From: an uncultured Thermotogae bacterium | Lineage (GTDB): Bacteria > Bipolaricaulota > Bipolaricaulia > RBG-16-55-9 > DRXL01 | DNA length: 64,000 bases | Reading direction: 5' to 3' | Assembly: GCA_964473325.1 (NCBI GenBank) | Contig: CAYYOG010000002.1 | Location: forward strand, 55,168 to 119,167 | Shown here: one piece after another, positions 9,259 through 19,179 of the stretch | Position numbering within the stretch: the first letter of the stretch is position 1 | Layout of the letters: each line of letters opens with the position of its first letter | Program-made: the position numbers and the translations under genes | The notes under the pieces: model-generated | The model's database searches: none | What the model was told of the DNA's origin: nothing | What the model saw: only the letters and a program-made list of their open reading frames with translations

Positions 9259-10008
9259 TTAGATCACCCCCACTTCACGAAGTTTCTCTATAATCTTGGG
9301 CACGGCGTCGACCCCTTGGCCTAAGATCTCAAGCTGTCGACCCTCTTGTGGCTTCTTGAGAGCCTTCCGCACTATTCGTGATGCGGGCTTGGTCACTTTC
9401 TTCTGTTCGATGGGCACTTTTTTCGCGCTCATGATCCCACGCAAGCTTGGATGGCGCGGGGTGTTGATGCCCTCTTTCACTGTGAAAACTGCAGGAAGCG
9501 GGACTTCGTAGACTTCCCAGCCGTCCTTGGTCTCACGCTTGGCGATTGCTGTATTGTTCTGAATCTCGAGGGCTTTGATCCCCGTCACGCACGGCAGATC
9601 TAATAAATACGCAATGTGCACCCCAACTTGATAATTGCACGTATCGGCAGACTCGTTGCCAAAAAGTAGCAGATCGAATCCCAAGGGTTTCACGGTCTCG
9701 GCGATCGCTTGGGCAGTCGCTGCAGGATCCCAAAACTCATAATCGTCGGCTTCTAATAAGATAGCGCTGTTGATCCCCTTGGCAATGGCTTCCCGAAGCT
9801 GTTCTTGGGCGGCTTGGGGCCCAAGCGTCAACACCGTCGAGCTGCCCCCGTGCTTCTCAATGATTCTTATAGCTTCCTCGACGGCGCACTCCTCATGGGG
9901 GCTAATGGCGAAGCCCACGTTCGTTGTGTCCACGCGCATACTATCGGACGTGAGCTTGAACCCGCCCCCAGTATCCGGGACGCGTTTGATGCAGACAAGT
10001 ACTTTCAT
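9259..10008 (-). CDS. etfB: Electron transfer flavoprotein beta subunit
   Basis: MKVLVCIKRVPDT N-terminus; start chosen at the internal Met that forms an ATGA overlap with the tsaB stop; RBS AAAGGAG. Confidence 0.85.
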   Translation of the reverse strand: MKVLVCIKRVPDTGGGFKLTSDSMRVDTTNVGFAISPHEECAVEEAIRIIEKHGGSSTVLTLGPQAAQEQLREAIAKGINSAILLEADDYEFWDPAATAQAIAETVKPLGFDLLLFGNESADTCNYQVGVHIAYLLDLPCVTGIKALEIQNNTAIAKRETKDGWEVYEVPLPAVFTVKEGINTPRHPSLRGIMSAKKVPIEQKKVTKPASRIVRKALKKPQEGRQLEILGQGVDAVPKIIEKLREVGVI

Positions 10009-10685
10009 AGAAGCTCCTTTCTCGCTACGAAATTTTTTACTAATAGATGGTGTACGTAAAGCGGCTCCAACGTCCATAGTTCGTTCTGTCGGAATTGACT
10101 GTGTTTGAGCGCACCCAACCGAGCGATGACTGCCCCGGAGGGCTGATTGAGCGCAGCTGGGGCGACTGTCACGATGCGCTCCAGGGCTAGGCGATGGCGC
10201 TCCGCCCCAGGCCCGATACAGAGTGCTAAATCAGACATTCGCTCGAGCTGCTCTTGCAGAGCCCCGATTGTGCTTGACGTCTCTGGCGTGATCTGGGTGG
10301 TGCCCTCATAGAGGGCATAATAAACTAAATCACGCCGATCCGGCAGCACGACACAGATCTTTCCAGAGAGAAACGAGACTTTTTCAGCATACGCTGCCAT
10401 ACTGAGAACGCCCACGATAGGGATGCCCAAGGCTTGCGCGAGCCCCTTGCCCACGGCCATGCCGATTCTCAAACTGGTGAACGACCCCGGCCCAAGGGCA
10501 ACTGCGATCAGTTCGACATGATCGCGTTTGATATCGGTGAGCGTGAGCAAGCTCTCAAGAGCAGGCAGGAGGCGTTCGCCTGGACCAAGCTCCGTAGAGA
10601 AAAGCATATCACCCCGAAGACGCCCATCACAGCAAAGACCGAGGCTCCCTTGCTCGTGGCTTGTCTCGATGCCAAGCACAATCAT
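10005..10685 (-). CDS. tsaB: tRNA threonylcarbamoyladenosine biosynthesis protein TsaB
   Basis: YeaZ/TsaB family; N-terminus MIVLGIETS. Confidence 0.8.
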   Translation of the reverse strand: MIVLGIETSHEQGSLGLCCDGRLRGDMLFSTELGPGERLLPALESLLTLTDIKRDHVELIAVALGPGSFTSLRIGMAVGKGLAQALGIPIVGVLSMAAYAEKVSFLSGKICVVLPDRRDLVYYALYEGTTQITPETSSTIGALQEQLERMSDLALCIGPGAERHRLALERIVTVAPAALNQPSGAVIARLGALKHSQFRQNELWTLEPLYVHHLLVKNFVARKELL

Positions 10686-10827
10686 AAGATTTGCCGAAAT
10701 AATACAGTAAAATCGGGATTTTTGCAAGTGCGAGAAAAATTTTTGACAACCCCCCGGTCCAGCGTGTAGACTTACCAGCCGGGGTGGTCGGTGACCATCG
10801 CCAAACTTTTTGGGATAGGGGTGTGGG

Positions 10828-11061
10828 ATGATGCACGTTATTCTCTATACGATGCCGACGTGCCAGTATTGTGGCGTAGCCAAGCAATTTCTCGCTGAGC
10901 GGGGGATCGGCTTCATTGAGTATGATCTGTCAAAAGACTACAAAAAGATGGCAGAGATTGTGAATCGGACGGGGCGGGCGAGTGTCCCGGTCATCGAGAT
11001 TGACGGGGAGTTTATCGTTGGCTTTGACAAGCACCGCTTAGTGAAGAAGCTGGGGATGTAA
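10828..11061 (+). CDS. Glutaredoxin-like protein (NrdH/YruB-like)
   Basis: 77 aa; CQYC redox motif; thioredoxin-fold pattern. Confidence 0.75.
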   Translation: MMHVILYTMPTCQYCGVAKQFLAERGIGFIEYDLSKDYKKMAEIVNRTGRASVPVIEIDGEFIVGFDKHRLVKKLGM

Positions 11062-11065
11062 GCTA

Positions 11066-11971
11066 TCATAAGACTGCTCGTGCAGCGTCAATATCGCGCT
11101 CGATCTGAGCTTTGAGCGCATCCAAAGAGTCAAAACGTTGATCGCCTCGCAGGCGCTTCACAAGCTGTACTTCAAGTTCTAAACCATACAGCTCTTCGTC
11201 TGTGTCGAAGATATGGACTTCGATGCTGGGGCTGGCATGGGCAAAGGTCGCGCGGCTCCCAATATAGAGCACGCCGTCGCGCCAGAAATCTTCGAGCAAA
11301 ACTCGCACCGCGTACACCCCCGCTGCCGGCACAAGCACGTTCGTATCGAGAGCCAAGTTCGCTGTAGGGTAGCCCAACTGTCGCCCCCGCCCATCACCCC
11401 GCACGACCGTGCCCCACAGCGTGGGCGCATAGCCGAGCATCTCGTGGGCTTCTCGCAACTGCCCAGCTAATAAACTCTCGCGGATCGCCGTCGAACTGAT
11501 GCTCTTCTTCTGGGCTGTAGTGACCGGCGGGACGACTTCTACAGAGAACCCGAAGCGGGCGCCGAGCCGCTCCAAGAGAACTCTATCTCCTTGGCGGCCC
11601 TTGCCAAAGCGTGCATCAGGCCCAAGCACTATATGCGCCATATGAAGCTGCCCAACTAAAATATTCTCGATAAACTCTTCAGCAGCTATCTCGCCGACTT
11701 CAGGAAACTCAACAGCGACCACATGATCGACGATCTGAGAGATTCTTTCAAGTCTCTTGTGTACAGGCATGAGCAGCGGCTTGGGTGTTCCGAGATAGTT
11801 TGCCGGAGGCTGGGTGAAGACAAACGCGACGCTGAGGGCGTTGTGCGCACGGGCCCAGGTAGCCGTGCGCTCTAAGAGCGCTCGATGGCCGCGGTGCACT
11901 CCATCGAACGTCCCGAGCGTCAGAGCTGGACGTTGGTGAGGGTGAAAATCTCGCAGTGTGCTGATAGCCAT
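11066..11971 (-). CDS. ribF: Bifunctional riboflavin kinase / FMN adenylyltransferase
   Basis: GTFDGVHRGH motif; C-terminal riboflavin kinase domain. Confidence 0.85.
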   Translation of the reverse strand: MAISTLRDFHPHQRPALTLGTFDGVHRGHRALLERTATWARAHNALSVAFVFTQPPANYLGTPKPLLMPVHKRLERISQIVDHVVAVEFPEVGEIAAEEFIENILVGQLHMAHIVLGPDARFGKGRQGDRVLLERLGARFGFSVEVVPPVTTAQKKSISSTAIRESLLAGQLREAHEMLGYAPTLWGTVVRGDGRGRQLGYPTANLALDTNVLVPAAGVYAVRVLLEDFWRDGVLYIGSRATFAHASPSIEVHIFDTDEELYGLELEVQLVKRLRGDQRFDSLDALKAQIERDIDAARAVL

Positions 11972-11972
11972 A

Positions 11973-12938
11973 TCAGAGCGTGCGAGCGAGATGGCGTGCA
12001 AGCTCAGTGAGCACGCGCTCTTGGACCTCGCTCAGCTCGCCGGGGATGACGCAACCGGCGGCTTGCTCGTGCCCGCCACCACCAAAGGCGCGGGCCACGC
12101 TGTTGACCGTCGCGCGCCCTTTCGAGCGCAGACTGACTTTGATTTTCCCATTGTCTAATTCTTTAAAGAGCACCGCGACCTCGATGCCCGCCACACTGCG
12201 CAGCTCTTCGACGAGGCGTTCCGTATCCGTAACTGACGTGTTCGTCTTATGGAAGACTGTTTTGGGGATAGAACTCCAAATGACCCCATCGCTGATCTGT
12301 GCGTTCTGCAGCACATACCCTAAAAGCTGTAATTCAGACAAGCTGCGGCGCTCGTAGAGATTCATAGCGATCTGTCGTGTATCGACTCCGTAGGGAACGA
12401 GCTGTGCGGCGATCTCGAGCACCTCCGGGGTGACGTTAGAGTTCCGGAACGAATCGGTGTCAGCGACGATCCCCGTGTAGAGGCACGTCGCGATCTGCGG
12501 GGTGATCGTCACTCCCAAATGGGGAGCAAGCTCGTAGAGCAACTGAGTCGTCGACGCAGCTTCCTTGACGAAATTGACATGGCCAAATCGGGGGTTGTCC
12601 CGATGGTGATGGTCTATATTAATAATAATCTGTCCTTCGTGGAGGAGTTTGAGGGCGTCTTCTCCAACGCGATTGAGATCGCCACAATCGACGATGCACC
12701 AGACTTCGATCTCATCGCTGCGCAGCTGGGTAGGGTGGAGCATGGCCTCGGAACCGGGCAGAAACTGTAAGCTGGGCGGGACGAGATCGCGATTGGCAGC
12801 CCAGGCTTCCTTGCCCAGCTGCTCCAGCATAAATTTCAAGGCGAGCTCGCTGCCAATAGCATCGCCCTCCGGACCAATGTGGGAGAGGATGCCAAACCGC
12901 GCATGAGCACGGATGACGGCCTGGACTTCGCTGATCAT
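11973..12938 (-). CDS. nrnA: DHH/DHHA1 phosphoesterase (NrnA-like oligoribonuclease / pAp phosphatase)
   Basis: DHH motif IDHHH; DHHA1 GGGGH motif. Confidence 0.8.
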   Translation of the reverse strand: MISEVQAVIRAHARFGILSHIGPEGDAIGSELALKFMLEQLGKEAWAANRDLVPPSLQFLPGSEAMLHPTQLRSDEIEVWCIVDCGDLNRVGEDALKLLHEGQIIINIDHHHRDNPRFGHVNFVKEAASTTQLLYELAPHLGVTITPQIATCLYTGIVADTDSFRNSNVTPEVLEIAAQLVPYGVDTRQIAMNLYERRSLSELQLLGYVLQNAQISDGVIWSSIPKTVFHKTNTSVTDTERLVEELRSVAGIEVAVLFKELDNGKIKVSLRSKGRATVNSVARAFGGGGHEQAAGCVIPGELSEVQERVLTELARHLARTL

Positions 12939-12986
12939 TCCTGAAGACCTTTCTAAGAGCGCTGCTGCTCTGAGGATCGCTCTATT

Positions 12987-13856
12987 TTACGGGAGAACGT
13001 CGCGGATCACCAGTCGCTGGTAGCCGTTGCGTGTGCTGGTGTAGACGATGCGCGTACCATCAGGCGAGAACGAGGGGTACGAATCGCGGTAGATATCTCT
13101 GGTGAGCCGGGTGAAATTCTGTCCGTCGGCGTCGAGCCGGGCGATGTCGGACTCATCGCCGCGGACGGCTTCGAATGCTATAAATCTTCCGTCGCGCGAC
13201 CAAGCTGGGTAGCGATAGATCCCGTCGCCATCTGTTAATCGCTGGCGCACTATGCCATTGGGGCGCATGACGTAGAGATCCCAGCTGCCCTGGCGATAGG
13301 ACGAGAAGACGATCTTGTCGTTTTTGGGCGACCAAGCTGGAAAAGCCTCACGGAGGTCGTCTTGGGTCAGTCTTTCTGTCATGCCCGTGAGGGGATCGAT
13401 GAGATAGAGATCGGGCCAGCCGTCGCGGAACGACTCAAAGACGATCTTGCCGTGGGGGGTCCAGGCGGGGTCCCAATCGATAGCGCTGTGGTGTGTGAGG
13501 CGAGTGATGCCTGAGCCGTCGGCGTTCATCACATAGATCTCATAATTGCCGTCGCGGCTGGAATAGAAGGCGATCTTCTGCCCATCGGGGGAGAAGCGCG
13601 GGCGGAGATCGCTTCCCGGATGAGCTGTGAGGCGCTTGAGATCTGGAGTTGGCGCGAGCGTGAGCCGATAGATCTCAGAGTTGCCGTCACGATCGGAGAC
13701 GAAGACAATCTGAGTGCCGTCGGGAGACCAATCAGGCGCAAAGTCGTTAAAATTTTTAGGTTGAGGCTGCGCGAGACTGCTCATAATTGCCAGAGCAATC
13801 CCCATCAGCACAACAGCACGACCTCTCATTACCACCACGCTGAGAGAGTGTAGCAC
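12987..13856 (-). CDS. Periplasmic TolB-like WD40 beta-propeller protein
   Basis: Repeated PxWSPDG..IVF...DGN.EIY blades; signal peptide. Confidence 0.6.
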   Translation of the reverse strand: MLHSLSVVVMRGRAVVLMGIALAIMSSLAQPQPKNFNDFAPDWSPDGTQIVFVSDRDGNSEIYRLTLAPTPDLKRLTAHPGSDLRPRFSPDGQKIAFYSSRDGNYEIYVMNADGSGITRLTHHSAIDWDPAWTPHGKIVFESFRDGWPDLYLIDPLTGMTERLTQDDLREAFPAWSPKNDKIVFSSYRQGSWDLYVMRPNGIVRQRLTDGDGIYRYPAWSRDGRFIAFEAVRGDESDIARLDADGQNFTRLTRDIYRDSYPSFSPDGTRIVYTSTRNGYQRLVIRDVLP

Positions 13857-13879
13857 CCCGGCGAGAAGAAAGCAAATCT

Positions 13880-15334
13880 TTACCCGCGTAAGATCGGCTC
13901 CTTGGCTGCGCGCACTTCGTCCAGCCGCCGCACTGACGCCCCGTAGACGGGCACGGCGTGCGGCGCTTCTTTCAGTATTTGGGGATTCTCTTTCATCTCT
14001 TGGGCGACCTTGATGAGCGCGTCTGCAAAGCGATCGAGCTCTTCTTTGCTGACGGTCTCGGTCGGCTCGATCATCATCACTTCAGGAACTATTAACGGGA
14101 AATAGATCGACGACGGATGCACCCCATAGTCTATCAGTCTCTTGGCGACGTCGAGCGTGCGAAGCTCTTCGGACATGCCCTTGGTGGTCAGCACAAACTC
14201 GTGCATGCAGATTCGATCATAGGGGGCTTTATAGACTTTACTGAGTCGTGCTCGCAGATAATTGGCGTTGAGCACGGCATTGGTGCTGACAGCTTTCAAG
14301 CCCTCGTCCCCCATCATGCGGATGTATGCATAGGCGCGCACCAGCACCCCGAAGTTTCCATAGAACGAGTGAATCTTTCCAATGGAGTGCGGGCGCGCGT
14401 AGTCGAGCGAGTATTTATTGCCGTTCTTGACGACGCGAGGCACAGGCAGATACGGCTCGAGCTTCTTGACGACTGCGACTGGGCCGGAGCCGGGACCGCC
14501 GCCTCCGTGCGGCGTGCTGAACGTCTTGTGTAAGTTGTAGTGCACAATATCTACGCCCATGTCGCCGGGGCGTGCTCGCCCAACTATTGCGTTGAGGTTG
14601 GCTCCATCGTAATAGACTAAGCCACCCACGTCGTGAATGAGCCTTGTGATCTCTAAGATATCGGTCTCGAAGAGCCCGAGCGTATTGGGATTGGTCAGCA
14701 TAATTCCGGCGACGGACTCATCGAGATGGGCTTTCAGAGCGTCAAGATCAACTAGCCCACGGGGATCTGAAGGGATGGGCACGACTGCAAAGCCCACAAT
14801 TGCCGCAGAAGCGGGATTTGTCCCATGAGCCGAGTCTGGGAGCAGAATCTTCGTGCGCTTATGGAGTTCTTTGGCACGCTCAAAGTGCTTCTTAATCAAG
14901 AGCATTCCCGCGAGTTCGCCGTGAGCACCGGCGGCAGGCTGGAGCGAGATCGCGTCCATGCCCCCAATCACACAGAGATACTCCCCTAGCTCGTACATCA
15001 GCTGTAATGCCCCTTGGGAGAGCTCATCTCCCTGGAGCGGATGCGCGTAGGCAAATCCCGGCAGCCGCGCCAGATCTTCGTTAATTCTGGGATTGTACTT
15101 CATGGTGCAGCTGCCTAGGGGGTAGATCCCGCTGTCCACGCCGTAATTCATCCGCGACAGTCTTGTGTAATGGCGGACGACCTCGACTTGAGAGACCTGA
15201 GGGAGTTTCGGATCTTCTTTGCGAATAAGCTCTGCGGGGATCAGCTCAGTGAGATTTTTCTCTGGGACGTCGAGAGTGGGGAGCCGCAGTCCGCTGCGGT
15301 TTTCCTCGCCAATGTCAAAGATCGTCGTTCCCAT
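13880..15334 (-). CDS. gcvPB: Glycine dehydrogenase (decarboxylating) subunit 2
   Basis: GcvPB similarity; PLP-binding region. Confidence 0.9.
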   Translation of the reverse strand: MGTTIFDIGEENRSGLRLPTLDVPEKNLTELIPAELIRKEDPKLPQVSQVEVVRHYTRLSRMNYGVDSGIYPLGSCTMKYNPRINEDLARLPGFAYAHPLQGDELSQGALQLMYELGEYLCVIGGMDAISLQPAAGAHGELAGMLLIKKHFERAKELHKRTKILLPDSAHGTNPASAAIVGFAVVPIPSDPRGLVDLDALKAHLDESVAGIMLTNPNTLGLFETDILEITRLIHDVGGLVYYDGANLNAIVGRARPGDMGVDIVHYNLHKTFSTPHGGGGPGSGPVAVVKKLEPYLPVPRVVKNGNKYSLDYARPHSIGKIHSFYGNFGVLVRAYAYIRMMGDEGLKAVSTNAVLNANYLRARLSKVYKAPYDRICMHEFVLTTKGMSEELRTLDVAKRLIDYGVHPSSIYFPLIVPEVMMIEPTETVSKEELDRFADALIKVAQEMKENPQILKEAPHAVPVYGASVRRLDEVRAAKEPILRG

Positions 15335-15335
15335 G

Positions 15336-16679
15336 TTAGGCTCCTTTCAAGATTTTGGCAAAGCGATCCATCTCGTCTCTGGTGCGTCTTTCAGTAACTG
15401 CGATCAAGAGAGTGTTGCTGTCTACAAGCTCATAGGGTGCAAGATCAATGCCTCCCAAGAAGCCTTCATCGCGCAAGGCTTTCAAGAGCCGTGAGGGCTT
15501 CTTGCGCGTCTTCACGACAAATTCATTGAAGAACGGGCCGGAAAATCTCAAAGCAAACCCTGGCAGCTGGGAGATCTTCCCCGCGAGATAGTGGGCTTTC
15601 TGCAGATTGAGTTCAGCGAGCTTTCTCAGGCCGCGCCGCCCCAGCGTTGCCATATAGATCGTGGCGCAGAGGGCCATGAGGGCTTGGTTGGTGCAGATGT
15701 TGGACGTGGCCTTCTCTCTTCTGATATGCTGCTCGCGGGTCTGCAGGGCCATGACGTAGCCAACACGGCCGTCGGCGTCGACGGTGCGCCCGGCCATGCG
15801 CCCCGGCATCCGGCGCACATAGTGCATGCGTGTGGCAAAGATCCCTAGCAGTGGTCCCCCGAAACTTTGCGGGATGCCCAATGGCTGCCCCTCACCGACG
15901 ACGATATCCGCGCCATAGAGCCCTGGCGGCGCCAAAATTCCCAACGAGATGGGATTGACGCTCACGATCAAGAACGCGTCTTTAATCAGATCTTTCAGTC
16001 CTGAGAGGTCTTCGATGACCCCGAAGAAATTAGGAGTTTGCACGATGAGCCCCGCAAGTTCACTGAGCTCGTCCGCCTGCACTGCTGCGCGATCAATCTG
16101 CCCCGTGTCGGTGAAGGGCACGTCTATCAGTTCTAAGCCTGCGCCCCAGGCATAGGTCTCTAAGCACTTCCTGTGGTGTGGGTTAAGACTTTTAGGAACT
16201 AAGAATCTCTTTCTTCCTGTGACGTTCTTGGCCATGAGCATTGCCTCAGCGAGAGCCGAGCCCCCATCGTACATTGAAGAGTTGGCGACCTCCATCGCTG
16301 TGAGCTCACAGACCATGGTCTGAAACTCGAACATCCACGTCAGTGTCCCTTGGGAGAGCTCAGCTTGGTAGGGCGTGTAACACGTCAAAAACTCCCCGCG
16401 TGAGATGAGATGGGGAATGATCGCGGGGACATAGTGATCGTAGATGCCGCCGCCGAGAAAGCTCACGTACTCTCCTGTATGGGCGTTCGCAGCGGCCATG
16501 TGGCTTACGAGCTGAGAGACTTCCAACTCGCTGAGTGGATCAAGCCCAACGGACCTAAATCTCTTCAAAACTTCAGCGGGAATATCCGCGAAGAGTTCTT
16601 CGATATCAGAGAGCCCGATCTCCGCGAGCATCTTGCGCTGGTCTTCTGGGGTGTTGGGGATGAACTCAAACGCGGCCAT
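15336..16679 (-). CDS. gcvPA: Glycine dehydrogenase (decarboxylating) subunit 1
   Basis: GcvPA similarity; 1-nt spacing to gcvPB. Confidence 0.9.
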   Translation of the reverse strand: MAAFEFIPNTPEDQRKMLAEIGLSDIEELFADIPAEVLKRFRSVGLDPLSELEVSQLVSHMAAANAHTGEYVSFLGGGIYDHYVPAIIPHLISRGEFLTCYTPYQAELSQGTLTWMFEFQTMVCELTAMEVANSSMYDGGSALAEAMLMAKNVTGRKRFLVPKSLNPHHRKCLETYAWGAGLELIDVPFTDTGQIDRAAVQADELSELAGLIVQTPNFFGVIEDLSGLKDLIKDAFLIVSVNPISLGILAPPGLYGADIVVGEGQPLGIPQSFGGPLLGIFATRMHYVRRMPGRMAGRTVDADGRVGYVMALQTREQHIRREKATSNICTNQALMALCATIYMATLGRRGLRKLAELNLQKAHYLAGKISQLPGFALRFSGPFFNEFVVKTRKKPSRLLKALRDEGFLGGIDLAPYELVDSNTLLIAVTERRTRDEMDRFAKILKGA

Positions 16680-16700
16680 TGATTCCTCCTTAAACTTTCT

Positions 16701-17090
16701 TCATCGCCGATAGGCCCCGATATGCTGCTCATACTGCTCAGCTGTCAAGAGGGCATCGAGTTCTTCGGGAGTGCTTGGGGCAATTATGGCGATCCAGCCC
16801 TGTTCGTGGGGGGACTGATTGATCAATTCAGGCTTGGTCTCGAGCTCTCTATTGACGTCGATGATCTCGCCGCTGATGGGGGCATAGATGGGCGAGACGG
16901 CCTTGACTGACTCAATAGTAGCAAATTCTTGCATCTGTTTGACCTTGGTGCCGACCTTGGGCAGCTCGACGTAGACAATATCGCCCAGTTCATGTTGGGC
17001 GTGGTCGGTGATGCCGACTCTGGCTCGGTTGCCTTCGAGCTTGACCCATTCGTGCTCTTTCGTGTAGCGATACTCTTTAGGATAGGTCAT
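16701..17090 (-). CDS. gcvH: Glycine cleavage system H protein
   Basis: Lipoyl-lysine motif ESVKAVS; start chosen at MTYPKEY. Confidence 0.85.
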   Translation of the reverse strand: MTYPKEYRYTKEHEWVKLEGNRARVGITDHAQHELGDIVYVELPKVGTKVKQMQEFATIESVKAVSPIYAPISGEIIDVNRELETKPELINQSPHEQGWIAIIAPSTPEELDALLTAEQYEQHIGAYRR

Positions 17091-17187
17091 GTGCTCTCTC
17101 CTTCTGGGATTAAGAGTATAGTTTTTACAGTTTATCGGGAAGGGCAATGGGGATGCAAGTATACAGAGAGCTTGCGTATTAGCAGAG

Positions 17188-17260
17188 TGCCGAGGGGCGG
17201 ACTCGAACCGCCGACACCAGGATTTTCAGTCCTGTGCTCTACCAACTGAGCTACCTCGGC
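17188..17260 (-). tRNA. tRNA-Phe (GAA)
   Basis: The reverse complement folds as a cloverleaf: GCCGAGGTAGCTCAGTTGGTAGAGCACAGGACTGAAAATCCTGGTGTCGGCGGTTCGAGTCCGCCCCTCGGCA; anticodon loop CTGAAAA; CCA is not encoded. Confidence 0.85.
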
Positions 17261-17326
17261 CCAGACTTCGTCTGGACTGTTCCCCGTGCCGCCTTCGGCG
17301 GCACGATGTACGGTCCAGGCGAAGCC

Positions 17327-17403
17327 TGGCGGGGATGACGGGATTTGAACCCGCGGTCTCTGCCTTGACAGGGCAGCGTGTTAGGCCACTACACCACACC
17401 CCC
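17327..17403 (-). tRNA. tRNA-Asp (GUC)
   Basis: The reverse complement GGGGGTGTGGTGTAGTGGCCTAACACGCTGCCCTGTCAAGGCAGAGACCGCGGGTTCAAATCCCGTCATCCCCGCCA; anticodon loop CTGTCAA; CCA is encoded. Confidence 0.85.
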
Positions 17404-17456
17404 ATGCTCGCACATTATAGCTGCTCTCACGAATCTCGTCAACCATCCCCTGTTCT

Positions 17457-17485
17457 ATGACAAAAGCCCTGCGCTCTGGCATAAT
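17457..17485 (+). promoter_or_regulatory. Promoter for dop; the predicted transcription start coincides with the ATG (leaderless)
   Basis: ATGACA, 17 nt, TGgCATAAT, then 6 nt to the ATG at 17492; no Shine-Dalgarno sequence. Confidence 0.35.
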
Positions 17486-17491
17486 AGCTTT

Positions 17492-18997
17492 ATGGAGCGC
17501 TTGCTCGGCATCGAGACCGAATACGGCTTACTCATAGAGGGCGTGGATGTTACAGATTTAGTCGACGAAGCCCGGGCCGTCGTGCGCAGCTATGCCGGAC
17601 TTTCAGCTCAGCCCTGGGACTACCGCGACGAAGACCCTCTCCGAGATGCCCGCGGCTGGCGTGTCCCTACGTTGACTGTTAATCCCAAAGACGAAGTCTA
17701 CGAAAAGCCCTCGCGCAAGCACTTGAGCGCCTCCGAAGACCACGCCGACAAAGTCTTACCCAACGGTGCGCGGTTCTATCACGATCATGGGCACCCCGAA
17801 TACAGCACTCCGGAATGTCGCTCTCTGCGGGAGCTTATCGCCCACGATAAAGCTGGCGAGCGCATCGTCTGGGCGGCGGCGCAAGCGTATGCCCAGCAGA
17901 CTGGACACAGCGTCTCGATCTTTAAGAATAATATTGACTATCACGGCATGAGCTTCGGCTGCCACGAAAATTATCTGGCCTCGCGCTCGCTCCCGTTTGA
18001 GAAGCTGGTCGCCGGGCTGGTTCCGTTCTTGGTGACGCGGATTCTCTTTGCTGGGGCAGGTCGCGTCGGCGGCGAGGACGGCTGGATCGACTTCCAGCTC
18101 TCCCAGCGCGCTGACTTCTTCACCGAACTCTGTAGCGTGGACACCCTGGACCGTCGCCCACTGATCAATAGCCGCGACGAGCCGCACGCGGACGAGAAAC
18201 TCTACAGAAGGCTGCACGTCATCTGTGGTGACGCGAATCTCAGCGAGTACGCAACGGCGCTCAAAGTGGGCACGACAGCATTAGTGATAGCAACGCTCGA
18301 AGCGGGCTACGGCCCGCCAGGGACGCTCATAGATCCCATCAAAACCCTCAGAAAGCTCTCGCGTGATCAGACCTACAGATGGCTCGTCGAGCTTGCAGAA
18401 GAAGGGACTATGTCGGCCCTTGACGTCCAGCGAGCGTATCTGAAGGCTGCCCAGGAGCTCTTGGGCCATCGCGACGCAGAGACTGATTGGCTGCTGACAG
18501 AGTGGGAGTCCGTGCTCGACGATCTCGAAGCTGATCCCACGCGCTGTGCGGATCGGCTCGATTGGGTCGCTAAGCGCCAACTGCTTCAGACGTTCATTGA
18601 GTCGGAAAAGCTGAGCTGGCGCGACGATATCGTGCGCAGCCTTGATTTAGAATACCATGGGATTGACCCGGAGCGCAGTCTTTTCTATGAGTTGCAGAAC
18701 CAAGGAGCGGTGCGTCGGCTCGTGACCAACGAAGAGATCGAGCGCGCCATGCGCCAAGCTCCCACAGATACGCGCGCGTTCATCCGTGGTTTATGTGTGC
18801 GGAAATTCTCTTCGGCGATCCGAGCGCTCAGTTGGGGTTACATTACGCTCTCGTACAATGGGGAAGACTTTGCGATCGATCTGAGAAGTCTTGTGGACGG
18901 TCGGGTTGGGGCACTTGCGCCTGTGCTGGAGGGAGCCTCGACGCCACACGAGCTTTTGGGTATCATACAACGGACTCTACAGGTAAAGGGGGAATAG
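17492..18997 (+). CDS. dop: Pup/UBact deamidase/depupylase Dop-like (Pup-ligase/glutamine-synthetase-like fold family)
   Basis: LGIETEYG N-terminal motif of the PafA/Dop family; ~40-residue insertion (Dop-loop-like) relative to the paralog at 20748; sits immediately upstream of the tag gene, as in canonical loci; start moved to the ATG at 17492 because the longest ORF runs into tRNA-Asp. Confidence 0.75.
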   Translation: MERLLGIETEYGLLIEGVDVTDLVDEARAVVRSYAGLSAQPWDYRDEDPLRDARGWRVPTLTVNPKDEVYEKPSRKHLSASEDHADKVLPNGARFYHDHGHPEYSTPECRSLRELIAHDKAGERIVWAAAQAYAQQTGHSVSIFKNNIDYHGMSFGCHENYLASRSLPFEKLVAGLVPFLVTRILFAGAGRVGGEDGWIDFQLSQRADFFTELCSVDTLDRRPLINSRDEPHADEKLYRRLHVICGDANLSEYATALKVGTTALVIATLEAGYGPPGTLIDPIKTLRKLSRDQTYRWLVELAEEGTMSALDVQRAYLKAAQELLGHRDAETDWLLTEWESVLDDLEADPTRCADRLDWVAKRQLLQTFIESEKLSWRDDIVRSLDLEYHGIDPERSLFYELQNQGAVRRLVTNEEIERAMRQAPTDTRAFIRGLCVRKFSSAIRALSWGYITLSYNGEDFAIDLRSLVDGRVGALAPVLEGASTPHELLGIIQRTLQVKGE

Positions 18998-18999
18998 CC

Positions 19000-19173
19000 A
19001 TGCCAGAGCGCATCCAAAGACCTATACCGCAGGACCCGTTGACCAAACCGGGAGACGATGACGGACCGCGCACGCCTAACGTGCCCAAGCCGGACACAGA
19101 AAGACTGTTGGAGCGAATGCGGCGAGTCGATCCGCGTCAAGCCCAACGGTATCGTCAGCGCAGTGGAGAATAG
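19000..19173 (+). CDS. pup: Small ubiquitin-like tag of the Pup/UBact type (57 aa, C-terminal ...RSGE)
   Basis: Position between dop and prcB; GDDD and ERLLER motifs like Pup; C-terminal Gly-Glu; strong RBS AAAGGGGGA; ATG lies 3 nt after the dop stop. Confidence 0.6.
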   Translation: MPERIQRPIPQDPLTKPGDDDGPRTPNVPKPDTERLLERMRRVDPRQAQRYRQRSGE

Positions 19174-19179
19174 TCTCTC

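Noticed and set aside
17378-17491. Longest-ORF start of dop at 17378 (MLGHYTTPP...)
   Set aside because: It would overlap tRNA-Asp (17327..17403). The conserved PafA/Dop N-terminal motif begins at the ATG at 17492, which also has a promoter immediately upstream.
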